A stretch of 64,000 nucleotides of DNA from Nitrosopumilus sp. (GTDB lineage Archaea; Thermoproteota; Nitrososphaeria; Nitrososphaerales; Nitrosopumilaceae): assembly GCA_965197525.1 (NCBI GenBank), contig OZ240211.1, positions 1,536,001-1,600,000 of the forward strand. The letters are read 5' to 3'. Shown here piece after piece: positions 51,835 through 61,673 of the stretch. The notes beneath the pieces are model-generated. The model ran no database searches and had not been told where the DNA came from. It saw nothing but the letters and a program-made list of their open reading frames with translations. Position 1 is the first letter of the stretch, and the number at the start of each line of letters is the position of its first letter. The position numbers and the translations under genes are program-made.

Positions 51835-52998
51835 GTGTTTGGAAAAAACCTAGATGATGTAACTTATGATGACATAATCAAACTGAAAGAAAGAAAAATA
51901 GATGAAAGTGACATTTTAGATTACAAGATAGACTTTCAAAAAGAGGATGAGATCATAAAACATGTTTGTGCCTTGGCTAACACTCGTGGAGGATACTTGA
52001 TCTTTGGAATAAAAGCATCAAAGGATGGCGGACATCCAACAGAGATTAGAGGAATGGAGAATAACAAGATACATAAAGAAAAAATTGAAAATTTAATGCT
52101 GTCTAACATAGTTCCACGTTTGGACATCAAAATAAAAACAGTTGCAGTACCAGATACAGAAAATTCAATTTTGCTTGTACAAGTTCCTGACAGTTACAAC
52201 AAACCACACTATAATCAGAAGAACAATAAATTCTACAAACGATACAACTTTCAATCTAATGAAATGACAGAACAAGAAATTGCAGATTCCTACAGGAGAC
52301 GTTTTTCATCACATGATCAAGTTGAGCAATATGTGAATCGTTTGTTTAGAAAACAAAAGACGTCTTCCCTTGTTGAGAGCATCATAGTTATTCCGTCAAA
52401 TATAGAACATAGATTAATCGACACATTTGACCGCACAAAGTATGAATGGTTGGGAGATATTTCGCTAAAACATAGTTGGGGACCGCGTGCAAATCCAAAT
52501 AACTTTTTTCCGTCTAGTCTACGACCTTTTGCCGATGGACTTTATAGTAAGAATGGAGAAACACAAAGAACAGAGATTCATAGAAACGGCTGCATTTTTT
52601 ATACATCTGTCCATGAACAGTTACTCTATAATAATTTGAAAGCCAGATCTAATGACAACGATTATTATAATTTACTGTCTGGAGTATATGCAGTTAAAAC
52701 AATGCATACACTCCAAGCCGCATATCAGATCATGTCTCATTATAACTACCTCGGCGAGGTAAAGATTATTGCGAGAATTGTTTGTCCTCCTCACACTCAA
52801 TTACTTTTTAAGGATAATAGGCTTATACGCCTCTCTCAAAACTTAATCATTCACATAGAAAAGATGTTCTCATTACAACACATCAAAACCAATTATCAAG
52901 AGATTACCGCAGATGTTATGCATGAAGTAGTAAACCATTTTGGAGTAGAAAGATGTGAGTTATTTGATACAGAGGGACAATGGATAGAAGATTGCTAA
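51835..52998 (+). CDS. Schlafen/AlbA_2 domain protein
   Basis: ESDILDYK, KHVCALANTRGGYLIFGI, FYKRYNFQSNEM. Confidence 0.85.
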   Translation: MFGKNLDDVTYDDIIKLKERKIDESDILDYKIDFQKEDEIIKHVCALANTRGGYLIFGIKASKDGGHPTEIRGMENNKIHKEKIENLMLSNIVPRLDIKIKTVAVPDTENSILLVQVPDSYNKPHYNQKNNKFYKRYNFQSNEMTEQEIADSYRRRFSSHDQVEQYVNRLFRKQKTSSLVESIIVIPSNIEHRLIDTFDRTKYEWLGDISLKHSWGPRANPNNFFPSSLRPFADGLYSKNGETQRTEIHRNGCIFYTSVHEQLLYNNLKARSNDNDYYNLLSGVYAVKTMHTLQAAYQIMSHYNYLGEVKIIARIVCPPHTQLLFKDNRLIRLSQNLIIHIEKMFSLQHIKTNYQEITADVMHEVVNHFGVERCELFDTEGQWIEDC

Positions 52999-53051
52999 TG
53001 AATTTTTGACAGGTCAATATGATTACTGACTATCTCTTGAGATTTTAAAAA

Positions 53052-53339
53052 TTAAGGTCTAACGTGATTTAACACTACTTTTTTACCATGTAGATCTTGG
53101 TTATGACAAAAATCAACCTGAAAATTAAAACCACAGTTAACACATAGAAAACCTGGCGTTGAGTTAGGTAATGTGTCGGCACATTCTGCACCGCATAGTA
53201 AACAATTCATCCCATGTGGGTCATACCATACCTCTGTTTTGCCGTCATCAGATACTTGATACCAATATCCTTGAGGAACTTCAAGTTGTCGTTCATGTCT
53301 TGTGACACCTTTTAGTGTCTTGTAGGCTGTAACCTCCAT
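53052..53339 (-). CDS. Small hypothetical Zn-ribbon protein
   Basis: CLLCGAEC...CVNCG. Confidence 0.6.
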   Translation of the reverse strand: MEVTAYKTLKGVTRHERQLEVPQGYWYQVSDDGKTEVWYDPHGMNCLLCGAECADTLPNSTPGFLCVNCGFNFQVDFCHNQDLHGKKVVLNHVRP

Positions 53340-53460
53340 AGTATATTTTAGTGTAGATAGGGTTTAAAAGTTTGTTATAAAATTAGATATGATTAATTTT
53401 TGTTCTTTGTTAATTCATACTCACTAAGAATGGAACTTTGTAAAAATATTTCAAAGAACA

Positions 53461-53778
53461 TCAAATGCACAAGTTTGCATATTCCTCAACCTTACTACGA
53501 CCAATCATATGTGTATCGTTTTGATTACCAGAAGGTCTAGGACACAGTAACAACCAACGCTGTATCCGATTATGCCTCTGACATTTTGGCGGTTCTAAAA
53601 CTGGCAGATTCATTCTTTTCATGTCATGTTTGTTAATTCCGGTAACTAACACACCATTTGGTTTTAGCATTTGTGCAATATTTTGTAATATTTTTTTCTT
53701 AGATTTCATATCAATATAACGTATAACGTTCAGACAGATTATAATATCAAATTGATTTTCATATTTTAACTGCTGCAA
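53461..53778 (-). pseudogene. C-terminal part of a class I SAM methyltransferase (CheR-like)
   Basis: EFICADLQQL...FDIIICLNVIRY...LKPNGVLV present; SAM-binding motif I absent; upstream overlaps the next gene. Confidence 0.55.
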
Positions 53779-53806
53779 GTCAGCACAGATAAATTCTACT
53801 CCACTG

Positions 53807-55336
53807 TTATTTTTCAGGGTTAGGATCAGAGGATATATTAGAATTGTGTCGAATATGAATATCCGTTTGCTTGAGGAGTTTGACTATGTCATTCCTTAAC
53901 GGATTAACCCTCCTGTCGAAACCAGTAGTTTCATGCGCATCACTCTCGATCACACACTTGCCGTAACCGTCTGGACATATGGCAATGTGTCCATTCCATT
54001 TGCTGTCATTTGGAAACTTGAGCCGAATAATGACTGCATTTTTATCGTTTATCGAAATGTTTGCGATCGGATCCTCAAAAGTAGCACACATACTTCGGAT
54101 GCATGGATCCGCATGCCATGCAGAGCTTGCAGCCTCTATATAACGCGTCCCGGAAAGTCTCCCTGTTCCAGTAATGCCGCCAATTGAGTCCCTAAGGGCA
54201 TCGAGAGCTGCGTAGGTCGTTACTGCTTCGTATAAGTCAGATGGTAATTTTTCAAGATCGCAGGTATTCGGAGTGATAGGTGTAGCCGGATCGTTCGCTA
54301 AATCCCTGATAGTTGAGTTGAGCGAAGATTTGGTCCGTAAAGAGTCGAGGAGTTGTGGTCCATACGCTTCTTTGACCGTTGACTTGGAATTGCGTTCATC
54401 AAGCACCTTTTGTGGACTTGAAGATTTCTCTGGAGATAGAACATCTGGCATGATTTGAGGGGTAAACCATCCGTGGCGTCCTTGCATTGCTTCCAGCATT
54501 GCTGATGAAACGTCTAGATCAACAGTGTCTTTTGCAGGTTCTTTGCTAGTCATTATCGCAAAGCGATATTCGCGTTGGTCTTGAAATCTGCGGTCTTTTA
54601 TAAAAAGTGGTAGTAACGTAAATGCAGTTTCCGTGGTTGAACTAAATATTACATCATATGGACCATCTGCATAAACTACGGGGCCATGATAGATAACCTG
54701 CCCTTTGTGCTTTGTGTTGAAAGTAGAATTATTACCAAAAGTGTGACGCATGGAGCCGTTATCACCCTGAGGCCCACACTGTTCTGCCACCATGGAGCCA
54801 AGAACCCGAGCAAATTCCCGCGGATGGCGTATGTATGAGGTATGGTCGTACTCACGCACAGATTCTTGCCACTTGTCTTTGTCACTCTGATTTGTTGGTT
54901 CGATTGAAGTGCAGAATATCCATCCACTCTTATCTGAAGTTAACGATTCTGTTGTCGTGGGTGTGATTTTGCCATCATCTACTCTATGTCTACTTGGTGT
55001 TTCCATTGGCTCTGATGCTAGATCAGATTTGTTATTGGCAGATTGTGCTCTTAGAGCACTATTCTGTTCGTTTAGTTTCCCGGAAGGATTAGTGCTAGAT
55101 TGTTTTGCTTCAGCAGTATCACCGATCAGACCTTTTTCGATATTCCTAAATACTTTCGGTTTAGATAAGTGTATTTTATTACATCTTTCAATTGCATACC
55201 GTTCATCACATCCTTTGATCAGTGTTGTGATTGGTACACGGTCAGATGGACGCCGAAAATCTACATATATTACCAGGATAAGATTGCCAGCGTTATCTAC
55301 ATGAAAACCTTCGGACATCAGAAAGGGCTCACACAT
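53807..55336 (-). CDS. Hypothetical protein (509 aa)
   Basis: Long ORF; FIKDRRFQDQREYRF motif; family not recognised. Confidence 0.75.
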   Translation of the reverse strand: MCEPFLMSEGFHVDNAGNLILVIYVDFRRPSDRVPITTLIKGCDERYAIERCNKIHLSKPKVFRNIEKGLIGDTAEAKQSSTNPSGKLNEQNSALRAQSANNKSDLASEPMETPSRHRVDDGKITPTTTESLTSDKSGWIFCTSIEPTNQSDKDKWQESVREYDHTSYIRHPREFARVLGSMVAEQCGPQGDNGSMRHTFGNNSTFNTKHKGQVIYHGPVVYADGPYDVIFSSTTETAFTLLPLFIKDRRFQDQREYRFAIMTSKEPAKDTVDLDVSSAMLEAMQGRHGWFTPQIMPDVLSPEKSSSPQKVLDERNSKSTVKEAYGPQLLDSLRTKSSLNSTIRDLANDPATPITPNTCDLEKLPSDLYEAVTTYAALDALRDSIGGITGTGRLSGTRYIEAASSAWHADPCIRSMCATFEDPIANISINDKNAVIIRLKFPNDSKWNGHIAICPDGYGKCVIESDAHETTGFDRRVNPLRNDIVKLLKQTDIHIRHNSNISSDPNPEK

Positions 55337-55818
55337 AGTAAATCTGTGTGACTGACAGAATTATAAATCAAGTGTTGTACGGGGTGTCATTCAAATCTCA
55401 GTTCTACAGATCGTAACAGGCTAGATTACCCGGAACGCTTCTGTCAGTTTTTCAAACCAATTCAATTCCTGATTACCCCACGTGAGTAGGCACGTCATTA
55501 TGGTGCCGAACATGATCTTTCCTATGACATCTACAAACTGCTGGCGTATCTCTGTTTGTTTCGCACATACGTTAGTTTTCATGTTCGGAGCCTAACTGCG
55601 ATTAACCCTAATGAATTGGTAAGAATGGTACTGAGTGATAGAGCTCGTATAGATATGTGTCCAACCATCTTCTTGGCGAAACACTGTTCCCAGCTGATGC
55701 CGTACTCAAACACACAAAAATCCAGAAAATCTTTAAAAAGAGTGCACATAGATATTCTTTTAGCTATAAGACTAATGATATCAGCACATCTATAAACTGT
55801 CATGTGTTTTGAATTCGC

Positions 55819-56214
55819 GTGCAGTATTCCAATTGGAATGATTTTGAAAAATTTCATCAGAAATCTACACGATTTAGTCGCAACACTATGGCTACAATGG
55901 GATTTGGTTATGGCGGTGCTAGTCCGGAAGCTAAATGTGCCGTGTTCTCGCTGTTATATATAAAGATGGTTGGGACGTTCCACAATAAAATAATAGATTA
56001 CTGTAGTCGCAACGAAATAAAAACTAAGAACAAACCCTTACGCATATTGTTGGACAAGATAAAAGAACATAATGTGATAAATTTGAATTTTGCAGAATTA
56101 GAATGCATACTCAGTAAGCGCAACAGTATAGCACATGAGCCTGATTTCCTTATATCCGAGAGTACGTTTGAGATGGATAAAAAAACACTGTTTGCTGAAT
56201 ATTCGAAATTATAG
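55819..56214 (+). CDS. Small protein with HEPN-like motif, possibly truncated
   Basis: ILSKRNSIAHE (RNxxxH). Confidence 0.5.
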   Translation: MQYSNWNDFEKFHQKSTRFSRNTMATMGFGYGGASPEAKCAVFSLLYIKMVGTFHNKIIDYCSRNEIKTKNKPLRILLDKIKEHNVINLNFAELECILSKRNSIAHEPDFLISESTFEMDKKTLFAEYSKL

Positions 56215-56428
56215 TTAGGATCACAAATTCGTGTGGATTAATTCAGTTTTTTTGTTTATGTATTTAATCAATTTCAGATTGAATCATACTAGATAATATG
56301 TCGAGATGGCCATATATAGTTGGGGTCAAAAAGTTTCGATCATTGAATCTTATACTCCACGTAGCCAACATGAGCCGAATTTTTTGACTCCTATGCATTA
56401 TTGGAGCACATGCACGAGTTCAGATAAC

Positions 56429-56809
56429 TTAATGATACGACATACCGCTACTAGTGCGACGTAATATTCTAATGTAATTAGATAGTGGTTCTGAACATCT
56501 CTTGCAAAAGGTTGCTGTAGAACCTATTATTCTAACTTCTTTTACTGTTAATGGTTCAAATGTATCTAGGAACATAAGGCAATATGTCTGCACGCCAATA
56601 CAATCAATACCGCATGTAATACATATGCCATCTCCAAACTGTTGTATGACACGTTTGACATAATCAAAAAGATCCACCGTACATCTATTGCAAAATAAAA
56701 TACCGGTTCCGTCAAGATTCTTTACATTCAATGGCTTCAACGTAGTAGTTTCAAACAAATAACTTTTAGGTTCATTCCCGCATTCTGTGTCACAAATACC
56801 ACATTTCAT
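56429..56809 (-). CDS. Tandem two-domain Cys-rich (Zn-binding) protein
   Basis: Internal duplication CGICDTEC...FCNRC / CITCGIDC...FCKRC. Confidence 0.7.
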   Translation of the reverse strand: MKCGICDTECGNEPKSYLFETTTLKPLNVKNLDGTGILFCNRCTVDLFDYVKRVIQQFGDGICITCGIDCIGVQTYCLMFLDTFEPLTVKEVRIIGSTATFCKRCSEPLSNYIRILRRTSSGMSYH

Positions 56810-57533
56810 GCTATCACTATTCCGTTGATCATATAAATTGACTATAAGAGTTCATCGTACTGCGGTTTTGTCTAGTCAAAGTCACGAGGATGTTCTTCTC
56901 AACGTACGTGATATAAAATCTAGTGTCTGTCTGCATTCATATTTATTGATACAGATCGACCTTGGTAATGCATCAACTGGCTATAGTAACGCATATAAAT
57001 TTGCGCAGTCTTACCTGTAGCCAATTTCTTTGATTAGGTTATCATGATATGGTTGTAGGCACCATCGTGCATGGAAATGTATGTATTTTCTTCAAAAAAT
57101 AATGTTTAGGTGTACGAACTTATGCTTTTAGATGTATGTTTGTAATTATTCCATTCATGACGTTTCGCGGAATCGTTCTGGACCACCTGTATCTGGGAAG
57201 AATCCGGAGACTTTTGAGATCTCCATCGTAGTAACGGTACAGACAGTCGCAGATCCACGTGAGACAGTGTACCGGGATGTTGACAGTCCATCCACGGACA
57301 TGTCAAGGACTCGTACCATGCAAACGACGACTATTTTGATTTGAACCTTAGTCATCCTTCTTGCGTGCCTTTTCGAGTTCTTCCCGTTTTGTATCATCCA
57401 TGCATCTTTGAGATGAGATCTGATCTACAAACTTTTCAATTAATTATACGCAAACTTTGACGCGTCGATATAGGCACGTTTGAAGAGGTTGTGTGACTAG
57501 CTACATTTTGTAGAAAATTTTTACGCTAACTTT

Positions 57534-58469
57534 TCATTCTTGGTACAGTTCGGAGTATTTGGCAATCCACATAACAGATGCTTGGCTAAGACCAGTCAAC
57601 CACTTTAGTTGCGCGTGGGTGTGTTCCGGTTGTACGGGTTGAACAAATTTGGGCGGCCTGAGTGAACAGCCGAGTTTTACGGCAAGTTGGTCAAATTCGG
57701 CTAACAATTCATCCATATTATCCCCTTTTTTCTTGAGTTTTTCCTCCGGTGTATTACTCAGTGAGTGTGAGCCCATATTACGGGTTCTTCGTATGATGTC
57801 TACTGCGGCAAAGAATAGCTCGGCATCTGATCCCCAGCACTCATCGCTTTTGACCTTGTCCTTAAATTTGCACATTTTATTGTACATGGAACGCTCGTTC
57901 CACGTACCCATCATCTTGTCAGCATAATGCTCAATTGCCTGTAACATTGTGAGGAATAAACCACGCCATGCCGAAAGGTCATCGCGCCTCCTGATGTGAG
58001 CATGGATCAGACAGATCCCATATATGGAGAATTTATTGCCAGAACATAATGGTAGTACGTTAAACGGTAGAACCGGCGTAGGGATGTCATCTATACCATA
58101 CCACAACACATCCCAGTTCAGCATCAATCCATGGAATATTGCAGGTATGTTCTGTATTAAATAATCGGCATCCGCAAAGCGGGCAGATTTACTGCCCACT
58201 ATGACCACATCCACATCCAGAATGTTTCTAGGATCCAAGCCTAACTCATGTTCAATGTTAAATCCCATGCCTTTCAGGAATTGAACAATCTGATTCATTT
58301 CATAATGCATGTCATCCAGATCCGTGCTAATATGCAGTATGTTTACATACCTGGATCTGACTCTGTTGCGTCCTGTACACCGAAACATCTCAATACGAAA
58401 GTCCGCCATTGAATGGACGAATTTCCCCCAATCAAGTCTGGAATCAAACTTTGGTGTATTGGTAGTCAT
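57534..58469 (-). CDS. Hypothetical protein with C-terminal HEPN-like motif
   Basis: 311-aa ORF; IIRRTRNMGSH (RNxxxH). Confidence 0.7.
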   Translation of the reverse strand: MTTNTPKFDSRLDWGKFVHSMADFRIEMFRCTGRNRVRSRYVNILHISTDLDDMHYEMNQIVQFLKGMGFNIEHELGLDPRNILDVDVVIVGSKSARFADADYLIQNIPAIFHGLMLNWDVLWYGIDDIPTPVLPFNVLPLCSGNKFSIYGICLIHAHIRRRDDLSAWRGLFLTMLQAIEHYADKMMGTWNERSMYNKMCKFKDKVKSDECWGSDAELFFAAVDIIRRTRNMGSHSLSNTPEEKLKKKGDNMDELLAEFDQLAVKLGCSLRPPKFVQPVQPEHTHAQLKWLTGLSQASVMWIAKYSELYQE

Positions 58470-58554
58470 GTAGCATCACACATGATTTAGATGACTCCAA
58501 GTATTATTCATATGTTAGTCAACAGGTGACATACTGTGGAATATGAAAAGTAAT

Positions 58555-59080
58555 TACCCCCAAAAAAACTCCCCTTAAATAGAATTCAGTTATACAAATA
58601 ATGGAAACGTTGTGTTTGTTGCAAAAAATAAAAATAGAGATGTTTTGTTTTAAGATGTTTTTCAAACACAACAAACACAGCGTTTTCCAAACAACGATAA
58701 ATACAAACAACGATAAATACAAACAGTTGCCAGTCAACTGGATATTTTTTATTTAATGAAATAATTAGACATGTTTTTGTAGTCTGTGTTTATCATTTGC
58801 CTAAAAACCACCAAAAAAAGTGGCTTAAATAGAATTCATTTATCAAATAATGAAGATGTTGTAGTTTGTTATAAAAAATTAATAAGTTTGTTTGATGTCA
58901 ATACTTTTTGGTTTTAACCATAAAATAACAAATACAACATCTTCAAAATAACTATAAACCCAAACAGTTACTAGTCAACTGTATATTGATGAAGATACAC
59001 ATATTTTTAATAATCTTTAATTATTGTTTGTAATATATCCAAAAAACCCCAAAAAAAGTGGCTTATATACTATTCAATAT
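58555..59080 (+). repeat. Degenerate tandem units (about 240-250 bp): TATA-like box, long hairpin, palindrome
   Basis: CTTAAATAGAATTCA at 58574 and 58824, CTTATATACTATTCA at 59062; stems 58602-58621/58669-58689 and 58851-58872/58925-58945. Confidence 0.75.
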
Positions 59081-59089
59081 TCTATAAAC

Positions 59090-59650
59090 ATGAACATTTT
59101 AAAATGTTTACCAAAAAATGACCTCTTTACGCCACGTCAACGAAGACGAGCAGTATCAGGTCCAATTGTCGCAATTCTGATTATCGTTGTAGCAATTGCA
59201 ATTGTCGCAATTTTGATAGGTACAACTACTGATTTGATAGGTACAGCAAGTATTGTTGATTCAGTTGATCTTTCCAAGCAGACACTGTATGCAAAGCAAG
59301 AATTTGCCAGTATTACTGTGAAAAATAGTGGTACTACACCGATAGAAGATATTCAAGCATATTTGCTAATTACAAGTGACAGTGATTGTGGAAATGAGGG
59401 TACTTATAGAGCCTCAATTGGTGTAAATACTCTTACAAATGGTACTAAGGTTGTACAAGAGATAGAAGAACTAAATCCTGGTCAATCAGCAACAATTAGT
59501 GGTGATCTCTATCAAACTGATACTACCACTGGTATTGATTGCACTGGTACTAATAATATTGATGATCGAAAAGAATACATCATTCAAGTAGACGGTACGG
59601 GTGAAGGTACTCAAGAAACATCATTCACAACAACTGTCCGTTCTAGATAA
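59090..59650 (+). CDS. Archaeal type IV pilin-like protein (class III signal peptide)
   Basis: RQRRRA|VSGPIVAILIIVVAIAIVAILIG; ITVKNSGT; ATG 59090 lies about 25 nt after a TATA-like box. Confidence 0.8.
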   Translation: MNILKCLPKNDLFTPRQRRRAVSGPIVAILIIVVAIAIVAILIGTTTDLIGTASIVDSVDLSKQTLYAKQEFASITVKNSGTTPIEDIQAYLLITSDSDCGNEGTYRASIGVNTLTNGTKVVQEIEELNPGQSATISGDLYQTDTTTGIDCTGTNNIDDRKEYIIQVDGTGEGTQETSFTTTVRSR

Positions 59651-59751
59651 TCATAGATAGGACAATCAACATTTTTTTATTTTTTATTTAATGGAATGAC
59701 ATTTTTGTATTATTCTTTGTAACGCAGTGCCACATGCGCCCCCTTTCTCTT

Positions 59752-59819
59752 AAATTTTTTCATCCTAATTTTCGATTTTTAGATGAAATTTTTTCATCCT
59801 AATTTTCAAAATTTAGATG
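59752..59819 (+). repeat. 34-bp tandem duplication
   Basis: AAATTTTTTCATCCTAATTTTC...TTAGATG, two copies. Confidence 0.7.
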
Positions 59820-60214
59820 ATTTTTTGTGGATTATATTGATGGGTTACATAGGCTTAAACTCAGACTCTGTTAACCCATCGAAACTTTTAGGCATTTTTA
59901 GTGACTGTGATCTAAAACACTCTACACGGTGTCTACGCTTGGCAAACATCAACAAGAATGTAATCCCAAACATCATGAGTAATGTAGAAATGGAAGATAG
60001 GTGGATTGATGTGTGGACAATACTATTACAAAAAACTCGACGAATGTTATTTGGTAGAAAATATTTAGGTAAACATACATTTGGATTGGCCTTCACATTT
60101 GTAGTCATGCTATTGTTTTCATCCCTGTCTCTTTTTTCTACAATGTGAATATGATTTGTCTTCTTTTCAAAACCAAAAAAGACATTTTATATAAAACGGA
60201 ATCGTAACCGACGT

Positions 60215-61597
60215 ATGGACTCTAGAAATAAGAAAGCAACGTTGATTTTCTCAGAACATAATCCAATAAAAAAGATAACAAAGAATCACTACACTGTAGA
60301 ATCGCAAACCTCAGATAATACATACAATGTTAGAAAAATGCCAAAATCTGATGTATGGACTTGTGAATGTAGTGATTTTCACTTTAGACTGAGAAAATCA
60401 GATGACAAACACTGCAAACACATCAAATCTTGTATTTTAGTGGTAAATTCTATAAGAATACATCGCAGAATAGAAAAAACTGACATGCCAAAGGTTTGCT
60501 CAGCGTGCTATTCTAATGAAATTATTAAATCTGGATTTAGAACACTAAAGAATGGAACAAAGAGACAGCGTTATGAATGCAAAAAATGTAACAATAGGTT
60601 TATTCTAGGTGAGAATGGATTTTCAAAGGTAGAAACAAATCCCAAAATAATCTCAGAATCCATCAATTTAGTCATGTCAGGAATGTCATATAGAAGTGTT
60701 GCAAGACATATTGAGACATCACGTCAAATCAAGATTAGTCATACGTCTGTAAATAGTTGGATAAAAAAATATACCATTCTAATCAAGGAATATGTAGATA
60801 CTCTTGTTCCTAATGTATCTGATGTATGGTCCTTGGATGAAATGTACCTAAAGGTTAAAAACACAAAAAAGACAGGCAAGGGATTCCATGATTGGTTATG
60901 GAATATAGTTGACCCCAAGACTAGATTTTTGATAGCTACAGAAGTATCAAAGAGAAGGGAAACTAGTGATGCAAGAAAAATTATCGCTAGTGGAAAGCGT
61001 ATTGTTTCACAGAATAATAGACCAAATTACGTTCTAACTGACTCTCTACACGCTTATGAAAAGGCGATAAGAAAAGAGTTGGCAAATCGTACTGCTCACG
61101 TCAAAACCAAGTCTCTCAAAGATGGTTTTGTTAACAGGCCTGTTGAGAGATACCATAACACATTTCGTGAAAATTTAAAGTCAAGACGCGGACTAGGAAA
61201 TGATGAATCTGCACAGAGATTTTCTGATTTACATAGAATACATTATAATTTTACAAAACCACATCAAGGATTAGACGGTAAGACTCCAGCTCAAGAAGCT
61301 GGAATTGATCTTAAATTAGGTCATGACAAGTATAGGGATTTAATCAAGTTAGCAGGAACTAAACCAAACTTTGTAAATAATTTGGGAAAGAGAATCGATA
61401 AACTATCAATAATTCATGAAGGCGACTGTATCAAAATTTCAACTAAAGAGTGGATTGACAAAAAAATCTGGAGAGAAATTAATGATATTCTAAGCCTTCA
61501 CAAATTTAGCTGGTTATCTAATGGTAAGGACAGTTGTTGGATTAGAATTAACTCTTTGCCAATAATACAAAAAGATAAAGACGATAACCAAGACTGA
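60215..61597 (+). CDS. IS6-like (IS240-type) DDE transposase with N-terminal SWIM and Zn-ribbon domains
   Basis: SWIM WTCECSDF...HCKHI; CSAC...QRYECKKC; HTH MSYRSVA...ISHTSVNSWI; D WSLDEM, D LTDSLHAY, E VERYHNTF; YNFTKPHQGLDGKTPA. Confidence 0.88.
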   Translation: MDSRNKKATLIFSEHNPIKKITKNHYTVESQTSDNTYNVRKMPKSDVWTCECSDFHFRLRKSDDKHCKHIKSCILVVNSIRIHRRIEKTDMPKVCSACYSNEIIKSGFRTLKNGTKRQRYECKKCNNRFILGENGFSKVETNPKIISESINLVMSGMSYRSVARHIETSRQIKISHTSVNSWIKKYTILIKEYVDTLVPNVSDVWSLDEMYLKVKNTKKTGKGFHDWLWNIVDPKTRFLIATEVSKRRETSDARKIIASGKRIVSQNNRPNYVLTDSLHAYEKAIRKELANRTAHVKTKSLKDGFVNRPVERYHNTFRENLKSRRGLGNDESAQRFSDLHRIHYNFTKPHQGLDGKTPAQEAGIDLKLGHDKYRDLIKLAGTKPNFVNNLGKRIDKLSIIHEGDCIKISTKEWIDKKIWREINDILSLHKFSWLSNGKDSCWIRINSLPIIQKDKDDNQD

Positions 61598-61673
61598 AAA
61601 ATCCTAAAATACTATCACCTATATGCTCATTTATATCAGAATTTAGATTTAAGCAGAGATTTACAATAATAGA

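Noticed and set aside
55410-55857. Possible frameshifted minus-strand gene
   Set aside because: The fragments look protein-like but cannot be assigned, and they overlap competing short ORFs.
59783-60148. Overlapping 121-aa and 87-aa ORFs
   Set aside because: They begin in a tandem repeat or in a transposase relic, and neither has convincing coding features.
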